From: Patescibacteria group bacterium
GTDB lineage: Bacteria; Patescibacteriota; Patescibacteriia; JACRDY01
Assembly: GCA_041650515.1 (NCBI GenBank)
Contig: JBAZLA010000004.1
Span: forward strand, 23,748 to 87,747
Direction of reading: 5' to 3'
DNA: 64,000 bases
Shown here: positions 50,095-60,654 of the stretch, in pieces
How the letters are laid out: the number at the start of each line of letters is the position of its first letter
How positions within the stretch are numbered: the stretch's first letter is position 1
Made by a program: the position numbers and the translations under genes
The notes under the pieces: model-generated
Told to the model about the DNA's origin: nothing
Databases searched by the model: none
What the model saw: the letters and a program-made list of their open reading frames with translations, nothing else

Positions 50095-50822
50095 AGATAC
50101 CAATTTAATATTGCTTGACCATAAAATAAACAAAAGAAAGTACTCGAGGTTAAAAACGTGCCAAAAGGAATGGCTGATGACCAACTTTTATTTTTTGATA
50201 AAATTAACATGACACCAACAATGGCTCCAGTTACATAAGCCAAAATTAGAGCGATCAACACTTGTGGCCAACCCAAAATTACTCCAATCAAAAATCCCAA
50301 TCGAATATCGCCGCCGCCGATCCAACGACCACGAGAAATTATAAACTGCAAAGAGAAAAAACCCGCCACTATTATACCGCCCAGAATCAAGCTCCAGAAT
50401 GAATAGCCAATTATTAAATTAAAAATCAAACTTAAAATAATCGCTGGCCAAACCACTCGATCTAAAATTAGATAGTATTTTAAATCATAAATAAAAATAA
50501 TGATCAGGAAGAGGCTAATAACCGAATAAAAAAAAGTCTGATAGCTCAACCCCCACTGTCGATAAACTAGGACAAAGACCACTGCCGTTACCAGCTCAAC
50601 TAAGGGATATTGCCAAGAAATCTTTTGACGACAATAACGACAACGAGCTCTTAACGCTAAAAAGCTTAGTATCGGGACCAGGTCCCAAAAAGCCAACGGC
50701 TGGTGACAATGAGGACAAATTGAATGCTTAGCGAAGATACTTTTATTAACAAAAAATCGCCAAATTAAGGCATTAATAAAACTACCGAAGATCAGCCCAA
50801 GAATAAAAAAAATAATTACCAT
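50085..50822 (-). CDS. pilD: Prepilin peptidase (A24 family)
   Basis: 245 aa. Zn-binding CPHCHQPL...CRYCRQKI, polytopic membrane protein with catalytic Asp regions. Confidence 0.85.
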   Translation of the reverse strand: MVIIFFILGLIFGSFINALIWRFFVNKSIFAKHSICPHCHQPLAFWDLVPILSFLALRARCRYCRQKISWQYPLVELVTAVVFVLVYRQWGLSYQTFFYSVISLFLIIIFIYDLKYYLILDRVVWPAIILSLIFNLIIGYSFWSLILGGIIVAGFFSLQFIISRGRWIGGGDIRLGFLIGVILGWPQVLIALILAYVTGAIVGVMLILSKNKSWSSAIPFGTFLTSSTFFCLFYGQAILNWYLWF

Positions 50823-50915
50823 ATTATCCTAGATTATAGCATTTTTTATCACTTTAGACTAACTAAAAACCCCCACTAATTGGGGGCTATTTAGTTCTAT
50901 CCAGCAATCAAAATT

Positions 50916-51431
50916 CTAGAGACAAGTAGTATTGGCGAAACCATTTTCTGATAAACAGGTTGGCCCAGCATTCAAATTGCCAGTGCCGCTCTCCAAATAT
51001 AGCCAAACATCGAAACCCTGACCACTATCAGTCTGGTTATAAGAATAATTACAAGTCGCGGTCGCTCCACTAGTACATTCGCTAGCTGGTTGGCTAGGAT
51101 CCTGAGGGATATTAGCCATATAAACCGTACCGGCGGTAGTCGCTGCCACTCCATTAGTCTGACTCACCGTGTCACAAGCGTTACCACCACAATCAGAACC
51201 GGTACCCAGTTCTAAAGTAGCACCCGTCGGATAAACAGCTTGATCATTGTAATACATCTCTAGAGCCGTTTTAAGTTGAGCCAAGTCACCTAAACGTTTA
51301 GCATCTCGCGACTTTTGACGAGCGCTTTGCAGAGAGACTACAGCCAAAGTTGATAGTAAACCGATAATAGCGATAACTACCAACAACTCAATTAACGTAA
51401 AACCTCGAGATTTATTCATAGATAGTTTCAC
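50916..51431 (-). CDS. pilA: Type IV major pilin PilA-like
   Basis: 171 aa. MNKSRGFTLIELLVVIAIIGLLSTLAVVSLQSAR. Ser/Thr/Gly-rich C-terminal domain with Cys pairs. Confidence 0.8.
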   Translation of the reverse strand: MKLSMNKSRGFTLIELLVVIAIIGLLSTLAVVSLQSARQKSRDAKRLGDLAQLKTALEMYYNDQAVYPTGATLELGTGSDCGGNACDTVSQTNGVAATTAGTVYMANIPQDPSQPASECTSGATATCNYSYNQTDSGQGFDVWLYLESGTGNLNAGPTCLSENGFANTTCL

Positions 51432-51537
51432 CTCCTCTCTTTTTACACGACTCTTAGTCTCAAAGACTTCATAATCGCCGTAAAAAGAAATGTTTATTAT
51501 TTATTAATTATTTATTAATAACTACATTATAACATTT

Positions 51538-52752
51538 TTAAACGCTACCAGCAAGACGATACATGGGTAAAATCATCGCTGCCACCACCAAAGCAACGCC
51601 GGCACCCATCAAAATAATTACTAAAGGCTCAATCAAGCTCACTAAATTATTGATGCTATTATTGACCTCCCGACTATAAAAGACAGCAATATTCTCTAAG
51701 ACTTTATCTACCCGACCAGTTCGCTCACCAATGTCAATCATTTCGGTTACCATATAGGGTATAACGATTTCTTCAGCTAACACGGCGGCAATTGGACTGC
51801 CGTTAGCCACTTCTTTAGCCGTCTTAAAGACTAGTTTTTTATATACTGTGTTGCTCATCGAGTCAGCTACTGTTTCTAAAGAATTAACGATGTCCACACC
51901 GCCCTTAAGCAAAATGCTCAAACTGGTAGTGAACCGAACAATATAAATATCATTCAACACTCCACTCAAAATCGGAATCTTTAATTTTAACTGATCCCAC
52001 CAATTTTTGCCCTTGGTAGTTTTAATTAAAAAATAAAAAGCTAAACCAAATAAAAAAATAAAAATACACAGTAACCACCAATAAGCAGCAAAAAAGTTGC
52101 TGACTGCAATAATTATTCTAGTACTTAATGGCAACTCAACATTAGCTTCTTGCAGAATAACCATCATCTTGGGCACCACAAAAGCCATCATAAAGATAAT
52201 AATAGCTACCAACATAACGAAAATAAAAGACGGATAGATCAACATCGAACGAATCTTAGAATATAGATCATATTCTCTTTCTTTCTGATCCGCCAAATAT
52301 TCCAAAACCTCGTCTAATTTACCCACGCGTTCACCAGTCCGAACCAAATTAATATAAAAACTATCAAAAATATCGGGGAACTCAGCTAGGGCTTCAGAAA
52401 GACGGGCGCCACCCTCTACTTTATCGGCAACCTTAGAAAGAACCATTTTGAGTCGCTGATTTTGAGTCTGACGACTTAATGTCTGGAGTACCCCAACCAT
52501 CGGTAAATTAGAGGTTACCAAGATAGAAAAACGCCGAGATAGAATCATTAAATCTTTATCCGAAACTCGTCCCAAAAAAGGCAACTTAGTAAAAAAAAGC
52601 TGACGTTTGGCAGTCAACCTTAAAAAAAATATTTCGTAACCATGTTCTTCCAAAATATCTTTAGCGGCCAACTCACTGTTGGCTTCGACCAAACCCTTAA
52701 AAACCCGGCCTTGATGGTCTCTAGCTTTATAGCTAAAAAAAGGCATAACCAA
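51538..52752 (-). CDS. pilC: Type IV pilus platform protein PilC / T2SS F (second copy)
   Basis: 404 aa with two T2SSF repeats. Confidence 0.85.
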   Translation of the reverse strand: MVMPFFSYKARDHQGRVFKGLVEANSELAAKDILEEHGYEIFFLRLTAKRQLFFTKLPFLGRVSDKDLMILSRRFSILVTSNLPMVGVLQTLSRQTQNQRLKMVLSKVADKVEGGARLSEALAEFPDIFDSFYINLVRTGERVGKLDEVLEYLADQKEREYDLYSKIRSMLIYPSFIFVMLVAIIIFMMAFVVPKMMVILQEANVELPLSTRIIIAVSNFFAAYWWLLCIFIFLFGLAFYFLIKTTKGKNWWDQLKLKIPILSGVLNDIYIVRFTTSLSILLKGGVDIVNSLETVADSMSNTVYKKLVFKTAKEVANGSPIAAVLAEEIVIPYMVTEMIDIGERTGRVDKVLENIAVFYSREVNNSINNLVSLIEPLVIILMGAGVALVVAAMILPMYRLAGSV

Positions 52753-53148
52753 TTATTGATTTTTATCCCGCAGAACGGTCTTAATTTTGTCTACTACCTC
52801 TGATGGCATAAAGTGAGCTTTAATCAAATAACCCTCGGCGCCGCGCTCAAAACCCTTCTTAACATCATCTTTCTGACCAAGATTGGTCAACATAATTACT
52901 GGGATACTCTTGGTTTTAGGATCGGCTTTAACTTTTTCCAAAACTTCAAAACCATCCATCTTGGGCAGCAAAATATCCAACAAAATAATGTTGGGCATTT
53001 TTTCTTTGCTCAGTCTCAAACCCTTCTCCCCGTCGTCAGCGGTTACTACATTAAACCCCTCAATCTCAAACTTAGTTCGATACATTTCGGAGAGAAAGTT
53101 GTCGTCCTCCACTAAAAGGATAGTATACTTTTTATCATTTTGAGCCAT
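52753..53148 (-). CDS. Response regulator receiver protein (PilH/CheY-like)
   Basis: 131 aa. ILLVEDD; ILLDILLPKMDGFEVL; conserved Lys. Embedded between pilB and pilC. Confidence 0.8.
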   Translation of the reverse strand: MAQNDKKYTILLVEDDNFLSEMYRTKFEIEGFNVVTADDGEKGLRLSKEKMPNIILLDILLPKMDGFEVLEKVKADPKTKSIPVIMLTNLGQKDDVKKGFERGAEGYLIKAHFMPSEVVDKIKTVLRDKNQ

Positions 53149-53180
53149 ATTGATATTAATTTAATTAATTAATTCTATAT

Positions 53181-54923
53181 TTACTCTTGGGTAACTCGTA
53201 ACACTTCCTCAACAGTAGTCAGGCCAGCTAAAGCACTAACTAAGCCATTTTGCAATAAAGTCATCATCTTTTGCCGCTGCATTTCTTTTTTAACCTCAGC
53301 AAAATTATAACCCGAGACGATCAACTGTTTGAGCTCGTCCGTTACCTTCAAGATTTCAGCAATTGCTTTCCGGCCTTGGTAGCCAGTATTACCACAATAT
53401 TGGCAACCAGCGCCTTTATAAAAAATCAAATTATTAGCATCAACTCCGGACGGTAAAAATTCTACTGGTAAAGTCTGCAGTTCTTTTTTGATGATCTTCA
53501 TTAAATATTCCGGAATCTCAGTCGGCTGGCGACAGTCAGAACAAACTTTCCTCACTAGACGCTGAGCAATAACCAAATTTAAAGTCGAAGCCAATAAGAA
53601 CGGCTCAACACCCATATCAATTAACCGCGGTACTACTCCCAGAGAATCATTAGTGTGAATGGTAGAAAAAATCAGATGACCGGTCAAGCCAGCATGAATG
53701 GCCATCTCGGCAGTTTGCTTATCTCGGACTTCACCAACCATAATAATATTAGGATCTTGTCGCAATATCGCTCGCAGGCCAGAAGCAAAAGTAAAGTGAA
53801 CTTCTGGTTTGATTTGTGATTGGTTAACTCCTTCTATATAAAATTCCACCGGATCCTCCAGCGTAACAATATTATTACTTTCTCGATCCAAAGTATTCAA
53901 AATCGAATAAAGTGTGGTTGACTTGCCCGATCCGGTTGGCCCGCTGATCAGAAGCAAACCATGAGGTCGTCGAATATTTTTATCAACGGTCTTGATATCC
54001 TCTTCGCTATAACCCAACTCAGCCAGTGTCGCCACCTTGTCGCCGGTATCTAAAATCCGCAAAACAACCTTTTCTTTGTCCAAGAGTGGCATAATCGAAA
54101 CACGAAAATCAACCTTGCGTCCTTCAATATCCAAGCCAATTCGACCGTCTTGGGGCACTCTTGTTTCATCAATTTTGAGATTAGCTAAAACCTTAATCCG
54201 AGAAATGACTGGCGAATGAACGTAAGCCGGCAGCTTAATTGAAGTCCGCAAGACCCCATCAATCCGATAACGGACCCGACTCCCCTCGCTCAGTGGTTCG
54301 ATATGAATATCAGAAGCGCCGCCATCGACGGCATGACGGATGATCACCGAAACAATTTTAGAAACCGGCGCCACCGAGATTATCGCTTCTACATCCTCCT
54401 CCTTGGTCTCTTTTTTCTTTTTCTTAACATCCTTCTCCTCCTCCGCTTCTTTGAGCGCCTGACTAACTTCTCGAGCTAAACTAGTATACTGCTCCAAAGC
54501 ATCAGCCAAACTAGTAAAAGAAATAATCACGTATTTAACCTTTAGATTGTGTTGTTTAGCCAAAAAATCAATTGCTTCGATCGATCGAAAATTATAAGGA
54601 TCAATCAAACCAACTTTAATAATATTACCTTCTTGGTTAATAGCTGTTAGTTGGTAATTATTAGCTACCGTAAATGGTACTAATTCTAAAATCTCACGAC
54701 TAATTTTTTGACCCCGCAGATCAAGATAAGAAAAATTAGCACTCTCAGCTAGAGCAGCGAACAGATCTTCCTCTTTAACTAAATTTTGATCAACTAAAAA
54801 ATGGAGTAGATCAACTGGTCGATTAAAGTTTTGGTGACTCAAATTAGCTAAATTATCAGGCGTAATCAAGCCCTTATCTTTGAACTCATTTAATAATTTT
54901 TCACCACCGCTAAAAATAGCCAT
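53181..54923 (-). CDS. pilB: Type IV pilus assembly ATPase PilB / GspE (second copy)
   Basis: 580 aa. GspE_N domain, Walker A GPTGSGKSTTLYS, Asp box, His box, tetracysteine CSDC...CQYCGNTG. Confidence 0.9.
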   Translation of the reverse strand: MAIFSGGEKLLNEFKDKGLITPDNLANLSHQNFNRPVDLLHFLVDQNLVKEEDLFAALAESANFSYLDLRGQKISREILELVPFTVANNYQLTAINQEGNIIKVGLIDPYNFRSIEAIDFLAKQHNLKVKYVIISFTSLADALEQYTSLAREVSQALKEAEEEKDVKKKKKETKEEDVEAIISVAPVSKIVSVIIRHAVDGGASDIHIEPLSEGSRVRYRIDGVLRTSIKLPAYVHSPVISRIKVLANLKIDETRVPQDGRIGLDIEGRKVDFRVSIMPLLDKEKVVLRILDTGDKVATLAELGYSEEDIKTVDKNIRRPHGLLLISGPTGSGKSTTLYSILNTLDRESNNIVTLEDPVEFYIEGVNQSQIKPEVHFTFASGLRAILRQDPNIIMVGEVRDKQTAEMAIHAGLTGHLIFSTIHTNDSLGVVPRLIDMGVEPFLLASTLNLVIAQRLVRKVCSDCRQPTEIPEYLMKIIKKELQTLPVEFLPSGVDANNLIFYKGAGCQYCGNTGYQGRKAIAEILKVTDELKQLIVSGYNFAEVKKEMQRQKMMTLLQNGLVSALAGLTTVEEVLRVTQE

Positions 54924-54931
54924 AAATTAAA

Positions 54932-55249
54932 CTAATAATCAAAAGCTTGAAAAACATTTGTTTTCCCCTTGATAATTGATGGAATATCCAATGGCTCGGC
55001 CAACCGCTTCAAAGCCAAGACTCGAGCGCCGTCAATTAATATTCGATCTAGGGCAACAGATTCCCAGCCGGCATTCTGGGCCGTAGCAATGCTAACCTGC
55101 ATCACCGCGTCTTCGATCATTAATCCTTTCGAACTAGAATCTTGATGAGAATTTTTGTAAATTAAATAACCGGTGCCACCCAAAGATAAAATGATTAAAA
55201 TAATCAAAATGGTATTTCTAGTAGTTTTAACTTGTTTTTGAATCAACAT
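54932..55249 (-). CDS. Small membrane-anchored protein (possible PilP-like)
   Basis: 105 aa. N-terminal TM helix. Positioned between the pilO-like gene and pilB. Confidence 0.3.
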   Translation of the reverse strand: MLIQKQVKTTRNTILIILIILSLGGTGYLIYKNSHQDSSSKGLMIEDAVMQVSIATAQNAGWESVALDRILIDGARVLALKRLAEPLDIPSIIKGKTNVFQAFDY

Positions 55250-55261
55250 AAAAACAAAACT

Positions 55262-55912
55262 TTAGTTGCCGTAATAATAAGCGTTCAAGGTAATTAAATA
55301 GCTCTGCGCTTCGCCGCCAAAATTAATCGAGGCAATATCCATCAAACGTAAATTGCTTTCAATCAAAGCAACAACTTGTTTAAGTGCCTCATAATCACCA
55401 TCTTCTAGATTTAAGGCGATCGTCAGTTTCTTAATCTCTTTTTCCTTAACCGTTTTAGTAACTGGCTTATTTGATGTCTGACTCGGATTATTTTCGGTTG
55501 GATTGGTCATCAAGGCAGTGCCACTAACCACGTTAGTTGGCTGACTGACCGAGAAAGAAGCTAAAGTCAACCCGGCTTGCTTGGTTAAAGTATCCAGTTG
55601 AACAATTAAGTTAGGAATATCGGCCTCTGTAGGCAAAATTTCGTTAATTTTGGACAAATCGCCGGCTGAAAATTCATTATATTTAGCGATAATCTCCTCA
55701 ATTTCAAAGGCTTGTTTTTTTAAACCGTTTAGTTTTATTATTGCCGTTTGCTCACTAAAATTTTTCAGGTTCTCCCGCTGCAGCTGAGGTTTAAATAAAA
55801 AAGAATAAAATGATAGAGAAACAACTGAAATAATAATAATAATAAACCAATAAAAATATTTATTTAGATAGTAGAGCGGCCGATTTTCTTTTGGCTGGTT
55901 TGGTGTATTCAT
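55262..55912 (-). CDS. PilO-like type IV pilus assembly protein
   Basis: 216 aa. N-terminal TM helix, coiled-coil, periplasmic domain. Gene order pilM-pilN-pilO. Confidence 0.45.
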   Translation of the reverse strand: MNTPNQPKENRPLYYLNKYFYWFIIIIISVVSLSFYSFLFKPQLQRENLKNFSEQTAIIKLNGLKKQAFEIEEIIAKYNEFSAGDLSKINEILPTEADIPNLIVQLDTLTKQAGLTLASFSVSQPTNVVSGTALMTNPTENNPSQTSNKPVTKTVKEKEIKKLTIALNLEDGDYEALKQVVALIESNLRLMDIASINFGGEAQSYLITLNAYYYGN

Positions 55913-55919
55913 AAGTAGA

Positions 55920-57188
55920 CTAAGGCTTTAAGAAAAAATCTGGTTTTAAATTTAATTCTAAATTAAATAAAACCTCAGTAATTTCTTCCTCTGGTTCGTT
56001 AATTTTTTTATTATCTGGAGAATCAAGAACTATTGTCTTCATTGAAGCGGTGTTAAAGGTCACTTGGCTAATTTGATCGGTCGCCTCTTCAAAAACAGCA
56101 ATCTGCTTGGCAGCAGCCAAATAATCCTTAGCGACGACTGAGAGGATAACTCGCCCAGCACCATCGACGGTCAAATTTTTATAATAAACCTCAGGAACAG
56201 TTTGGGCTTCCAAAAACTGAAAAAGACCAGACCAATAATAATGGTTGCTAACAATCTGACCCAAAGAAGTCAGTTGCTTATCTAAAGCCACAATCTTATC
56301 TTTCTGGGTCTGATAATCCTGCAATTTTTGATTAAATTGAGTAATCTTGGCATCAGTCTCCTGGCTCTGACCGGATAGATAACTCTGGTAATAAATCAAA
56401 CCAAAATAAACAGCGGCCACCGCTACTACGTAAACCACCAAAATAACCAATGACTTTTTAATCTTTGAATAAAGCTCTGGATAATAAACAATTAGTAACT
56501 GTTTAGTTAAATCAACTTCTAACGAACCAAAATCTGGATGATCAACTTTTTCTGGTAAGTGCAATCTTTCCGTTTTATTTTTATCTTCATGGTTGCTAAC
56601 CGGTGGCACTAACGATGGTTTGGTAACCGACGGCTCGTTAATTTTAATCTCTTTAGGCTTAGCCGCTAACTTTTCTGTATTTTTATCAACCGATGTTGTA
56701 ACCCGTCGCTTACCAAAAAGACGACGCCACCAGCTGTCTTTGGAAGTTTTGTCGTTTTCAATTTTTTTATTAAGCAACGAGTCGGGGGTTAAACTTATTT
56801 TTTCATTTTTGGATTGGTGCTCTACCGGCGGCTCAGAAATTAAAACTGATTTAGCTGGCTCTAGTGGTCCAAGAGGCGTTATTCGGGCTGGCTCTTTAGG
56901 TGGTGTGACTAAAGTTATCTCCTCTTTCTTGGCGGTTATTTTACTATCGGTAGTTAAAAAATCACCATCATCTTCTTGACGACGACTAAATAATTCTTTT
57001 AATCTCTTAATAACCGGATTTCCTAATTTTTGCGTCTTAACTGCTGTTTCTTTCTTATCTAACTTTTCTTTATCCGGGTCAGTCAAAACTAGCTCCTCAT
57101 CATGAGAGGTTTTCTTTTTTTGTTCTGTTCCTTCCTTAGCGCGTAATTCTTTTGGTAACAAACTAATATCCATAATCAAATTATTCAA
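55920..57188 (-). CDS. PilN-like type IV pilus assembly protein with long Lys/Glu-rich N-terminal extension
   Basis: 422 aa. Single TM helix (VILVVYVVAVAAVYFGLIYY) about 250 aa in. Overlaps pilM by 8 nt. Confidence 0.45.
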   Translation of the reverse strand: MNNLIMDISLLPKELRAKEGTEQKKKTSHDEELVLTDPDKEKLDKKETAVKTQKLGNPVIKRLKELFSRRQEDDGDFLTTDSKITAKKEEITLVTPPKEPARITPLGPLEPAKSVLISEPPVEHQSKNEKISLTPDSLLNKKIENDKTSKDSWWRRLFGKRRVTTSVDKNTEKLAAKPKEIKINEPSVTKPSLVPPVSNHEDKNKTERLHLPEKVDHPDFGSLEVDLTKQLLIVYYPELYSKIKKSLVILVVYVVAVAAVYFGLIYYQSYLSGQSQETDAKITQFNQKLQDYQTQKDKIVALDKQLTSLGQIVSNHYYWSGLFQFLEAQTVPEVYYKNLTVDGAGRVILSVVAKDYLAAAKQIAVFEEATDQISQVTFNTASMKTIVLDSPDNKKINEPEEEITEVLFNLELNLKPDFFLKP

Positions 57189-58242
57189 TTTCGCGCATCG
57201 CTAAACCAACGGCCACCGCCATCTTAGGACCAATTTTATCTAGAACTGGCTTAAGACTCTCGGGATAAATCGTCCGCGCCCATGGATCGCCTACAAAAAC
57301 TTTAATATTTAAAGCTTTAGATAAATAAACATCAAAATTAGGCAATAATGACGAGCCGCCAGTTAAAATTACCTTTTCGATTTTTTCTTCTAGAGCATCG
57401 TTTTCCTGCTGATATAACCCAAAACAATATTTAATCTCATGGACTAAAGAATTGAGGACTTCTTGAAAAGACGAAAATTCACTGACTTGCTCAATTGTGC
57501 TAAGATCTTTTTTAAACTGTTCGGCGGCATCCCAATCTAATTTGAGACCTTGGCTAATTATTTGAGTAAAATTAGCACCGCCGGTATCAATACTACGATT
57601 TAAGACGGGAATGCTATTCTTGATCACCGATATATTGGTCATCCGACCACCAACATCGACAATCATCACCGCCGATTTATCACCACCAACTAACGAACGA
57701 ACCAGGGCAAAACCTTCGGTTTCTAGACTAATGATTTCTAAATTAGTTTTTTTGAATAATTCTAAATAGCGCTGAACTAATTTTTGAGGAGCGGCCGTTA
57801 GCAAAAAGCGATTAACCTTAATTTCACCATCAACTTTTTCGTTTTCGCTGGACAAAGTCTTCCAATCTAAAATCATTTCTTCTAACGGCAAAGGAATAAC
57901 TTTTTTAGCCTCCCATTTAATTGTGTCCTCTAGCTCTTTGGGCGAATCAGTCTTAATACCAGTTAGATTGATCACCGAACTAAAAATCGAAGAAACCGGC
58001 AGGGCAGCAACTACCTTTCGACCAGTAATTTTGGCTTTACGACAGACTCTATTTAAAATTTGAGCCGTCCGCTCAACATTAGTAATTAAATCATCACCAC
58101 CAAAACGAACCGATAAGTCAGTGAAGCCATAAGTCACTAATTTTGGTCGCCCAGCTTCGTCTTTAAGCTCAACCAACTTAATGTTATCTGTACCAACATC
58201 AATACCTAAATAACTTCTCTCTTTGTTGAACATTGAGGCCAT
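57181..58242 (-). CDS. pilM: Type IV pilus assembly protein PilM (actin-like ATPase fold)
   Basis: 353 aa. YLGIDVGTDNIKLVEL, VDVGGRMTNISV and ILTGGSSLLPNF. Confidence 0.8.
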   Translation of the reverse strand: MASMFNKERSYLGIDVGTDNIKLVELKDEAGRPKLVTYGFTDLSVRFGGDDLITNVERTAQILNRVCRKAKITGRKVVAALPVSSIFSSVINLTGIKTDSPKELEDTIKWEAKKVIPLPLEEMILDWKTLSSENEKVDGEIKVNRFLLTAAPQKLVQRYLELFKKTNLEIISLETEGFALVRSLVGGDKSAVMIVDVGGRMTNISVIKNSIPVLNRSIDTGGANFTQIISQGLKLDWDAAEQFKKDLSTIEQVSEFSSFQEVLNSLVHEIKYCFGLYQQENDALEEKIEKVILTGGSSLLPNFDVYLSKALNIKVFVGDPWARTIYPESLKPVLDKIGPKMAVAVGLAMREIE

Positions 58243-58442
58243 ATTTTACACTTAAAATAAGGTGACTTTAATTTTTATTATTATAACAAATTTTTCTAAA
58301 TCTGACTAGGATTTTACCTCAAATTAAAACTAACCTAAAAATAACACTGGCCCGAGCTGTCTTTTCTGTCTTTAGAGTAAATTAATCATGATTTAAAGCT
58401 ATCTTTTGTTACTTAAATTATACCAAAAAGTAGCCTTTTGAG

Positions 58443-58856
58443 CTACTCCTGTTTTTGATCAATAGCCTGATTAACCAGTTTATCAGCCAGTTTGTTCTCC
58501 TCCCTGGGGACATGATGATATTTAATTCTCTTAAAACCCAGGGCTAGGTTCCAAATTTTGACAAAAATTTTTGCTAATTCCTTATTTTTAACTTTCATTG
58601 TCTGACTCAGCTGACCGACAACCAACTCGCTATCCAAAAAAAAGTCAATTTCCTCACCACCTAGCTCTTGAGCCTTTTCTAAGGCCAGGACGACTGCTTG
58701 ATATTCGGCTTGATTATTAGTGGCGACGCCCAAAAATTTTTTATATTGCCCCAAAATCTCTTTTTGGTGATTATAAATCACCACGCCAATGCCTGCTGGC
58801 CCAGGATTACCCCGCGCGCCACCATCAGTATAAATTATTAGCTTAGTACTATTCAT
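58443..58856 (-). CDS. rnhA: Ribonuclease HI
   Basis: 137 aa. IYTDGGARGNPGPAGIGVVI, EYQAVVLAL and DSELVVGQ. Confidence 0.9.
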   Translation of the reverse strand: MNSTKLIIYTDGGARGNPGPAGIGVVIYNHQKEILGQYKKFLGVATNNQAEYQAVVLALEKAQELGGEEIDFFLDSELVVGQLSQTMKVKNKELAKIFVKIWNLALGFKRIKYHHVPREENKLADKLVNQAIDQKQE

Positions 58857-60654
58857 CTTTTTTTTCTAAATCAATAACTTTTAACTGCAGCTCCCGATTA
58901 CCATTCCACTCATTGACTCCAACATCAAAAACGATATCTACCCTATCCCCTTTTTTAATTTTATTATTGTGCTCTGGCATGATACCAAATCCAATGAATT
59001 TACGTAAGAGACCGTTTTTTTGCTTAACTAATAACCGTAAATGCAAATTGTCCTTACCCACTGGTTCGAGCGCCTCGACCTCGACTGATTGGACTAAAAA
59101 TTTTGGCCGTGGATTAGAATCGCCAAACGGCTCCATATTATTTAAACTGTCATACAAACTCCAAGTAACCTCTTCAAGGTCGACAACGGCCTCCACTAAA
59201 AGAGCTTTAGTTAAATCCTTATCGACTAAATTTTTATTGGCACTCTGTTGGATTTCTTTTTTAAACTTAGCTAGGTCATTTTTATCTTTTAAGGTAAAAC
59301 CACAAGCCGCCGGATGACCACCATAATTAGCAAACAAATAATCCAACTGCTGCAAAGCTTCAATAACATTAAAAGCCGGCAAGCTCCGGCCAGAGCCAAC
59401 AATTTCGCCGTCGTTCTCTGAGGCAACAATTACTGGCCGATTATATTGATCCATTATTTTACCAGCTACCAGACCAATCACGCCTAATGGCCAATCTTTA
59501 CCTAAAGCAAATAATAATTTTTCGGTTTTTAAGCTAGTCTCCACTTTTTGTCTCACCTCCTCGGTTAGCCGATCAGTCAAAACTTGACGTTGGCTATTAG
59601 TTTGATTAAGCAGATCGGCCATGTCCTCGGCCTCGCTCCGATCAGTCGTGATTAAAAGTCGATACGCCGTATTAGCATGACCAAGCCGACCAGCAGCATT
59701 AAGCCGAGGCGAAATTTGGAAAGCAATAGAATAAGTGTTAAGCCAACCAGCTTTGGTGGGTAAATAATCTTTTAAGCCACCGTTGATTCGATTGTTGCCA
59801 CCAATAGCGGCTTTTAAAAAAAGCGCTTGCAAACCCAGCCGCGGGGTTTTATTCAAAACCACCAAGCCATATTTAACCAGGGTGCGGTTCTCACCCAGCA
59901 GCGGTGAACAATCCGCGACTGTGCCAATTGCCACTAAATCCAACAACCATTTTTCTAAACCTTCCCAATTTTCTTGGTCGTCGAGTTTTTTAGCTTCCTT
60001 AATCAAAGCCTGGGCCACTTTGAAAGCCACGCCGGCCCCGGCTAATTCTCGAAAGGGATATTTCTCTTTTTCTACTTTTGGATCAATTAGAGCAAATGAC
60101 TGAGGTAACTCTAACGGTTGAGAATGATGGTCAGTAACAATAACGTCAATCCCAGCTTGGTTACATAAATTGATTTCGGCCGCGTTAGCGATACCGCAAT
60201 CAACAGTGATGATTAAATTAATTTTATCTTTGATAAAACCTTTAACAGCCTCGACATTTAAACCATAGCCTTCTTTTTCTCGGTGCGGGATATAAATTTG
60301 TAAAGGCAACTCATGAATGGCCTCTTCTGGTCTAAACTTTTCAATCAACTTTTGCAGGACGCTCGTCATCACTGCTGAGCTAGAAACTCCATCAGCATCA
60401 TAATCGCCATGAACCAAAATCTTTTCGCCCTTTTTGACTGCTGCCATAATCCGTTTGACCGCTTTTTTCATATCTTTAAACAAAAACGGATCATGGAGAT
60501 CTTGCTCATAATCGGGGTTCAAAAATTCGTCCACTTTTTCTTGGCTATCTAAGCCGCGATTATAAAGTAATTGCAAAACCACCGGCGAGAGCTCCGGAAA
60601 TTTAGCTTTAATTTCAGTGGGCGCCACTGGGGCGACTTGCCAGTTTTTAGGCAT
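58849..60654 (-). CDS. recJ: Single-stranded-DNA-specific exonuclease RecJ
   Basis: Start reassigned to ATG 60652-60654 (MPKNWQVAPVAP...). The 11 codons upstream translate the X2 repeat. DHH motifs (HGDYDADGVSS; VTDHH); DHHA1 GGHPAACGF. Confidence 0.85.
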   Translation of the reverse strand: MPKNWQVAPVAPTEIKAKFPELSPVVLQLLYNRGLDSQEKVDEFLNPDYEQDLHDPFLFKDMKKAVKRIMAAVKKGEKILVHGDYDADGVSSSAVMTSVLQKLIEKFRPEEAIHELPLQIYIPHREKEGYGLNVEAVKGFIKDKINLIITVDCGIANAAEINLCNQAGIDVIVTDHHSQPLELPQSFALIDPKVEKEKYPFRELAGAGVAFKVAQALIKEAKKLDDQENWEGLEKWLLDLVAIGTVADCSPLLGENRTLVKYGLVVLNKTPRLGLQALFLKAAIGGNNRINGGLKDYLPTKAGWLNTYSIAFQISPRLNAAGRLGHANTAYRLLITTDRSEAEDMADLLNQTNSQRQVLTDRLTEEVRQKVETSLKTEKLLFALGKDWPLGVIGLVAGKIMDQYNRPVIVASENDGEIVGSGRSLPAFNVIEALQQLDYLFANYGGHPAACGFTLKDKNDLAKFKKEIQQSANKNLVDKDLTKALLVEAVVDLEEVTWSLYDSLNNMEPFGDSNPRPKFLVQSVEVEALEPVGKDNLHLRLLVKQKNGLLRKFIGFGIMPEHNNKIKKGDRVDIVFDVGVNEWNGNRELQLKVIDLEKKDE

